A stretch of 64,000 bases of DNA, taken from NCBI RefSeq assembly GCF_009914755.1, contig NC_060933.1. One strand, written 5' to 3'. Positions 63,589-64,000 of the stretch are shown in pieces. Positions within the stretch are counted from its first letter, which is position 1, and each line of letters starts with the position of its first letter. The translations under genes and the position numbers were made by a program. This DNA is from the human T2T-CHM13v2.0 reference genome, Homo sapiens. The notes under the pieces are model-generated. The model was not told where the DNA came from, made no database searches, and saw nothing but the letters and a program-made list of their open reading frames with translations.

Positions 63589-64000
63589 CAGACACTAATA
63601 TGAAGAATGAAGGAGAAGACATCACTACGGGGAATATTATGCATAACTCTATGCACATAAATTCAACAACTTTGATGAAATGGACCAATCTCTTGGAAAC
63701 CAAGCTATCAAAACCTAATTCAGATTACCTTAATGGTCCTATACCTATTAAAGAAATAGAATTTATAGTTTAAAACCTTCCAAAAGAGAAATCTCCAGGC
63801 CCAGATGGCGTCACTGGAGAATTCTACTAAGCATTTTAATAAGAAATAACATCAATTCTATAAAATGTCTTCCAGATAACAGAAGAGGTACGAATCCTTT
63901 CCAATTAATTCTATAAGGACAGCATTATTTTGACATCAAAACCAGATAAAAACATTACAAGAAAACTACAGAACAATATTCCTTGTGAACATCTTGGATC
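63589..64000 (+). mobile_element. Old L1 ORF2 fragment
   Basis: Remnants LNGPIPIKEIEFIV; ccaggcccagatggcgtcactggagaattcta. Confidence 0.8.

Overview
Human genomic DNA, AT-rich and repeat-dense. It covers the interior of MEGF9 (multiple EGF-like domains 9) on the minus strand. Three coding exons encoding laminin-type EGF (LE) repeats are visible with canonical GT-AG boundaries and consistent phases: 49726-49927, 12944-13083 and 2721-2864 (exons 2-4 by my recollection of the gene). They are separated by introns of 36,642 and 10,079 bp. The introns hold about 35 Alu/FAM/FLAM copies, old L1M/L2/MIR/LTR fragments and DNA-transposon fossils. I see no new protein-coding or RNA-gene system, and the other ORFs in the track look repeat-derived or spurious. 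The interesting content is a set of readable insertion records: (1) a human-specific L1HS-Ta element with a twin-priming 5' inversion; (2) an SVA with a short 3' transduction; (3) a candidate ~8 kb retroposed block (old L1 plus flank, ending at an LTR poly(A) site with a 29-nt tail and a putative TSD); (4) a fossil Alu monomer split by a 384-bp captured fragment without TSD or tail; (5) a young AluYe-type stub. There is also a strong CTCF motif, a 108-bp tandem duplication and palindromic microsatellites. Repeat subfamily names come from recalled consensus sequences and need RepeatMasker/Dfam confirmation. Repeat boundaries are approximate unless TSDs are quoted.
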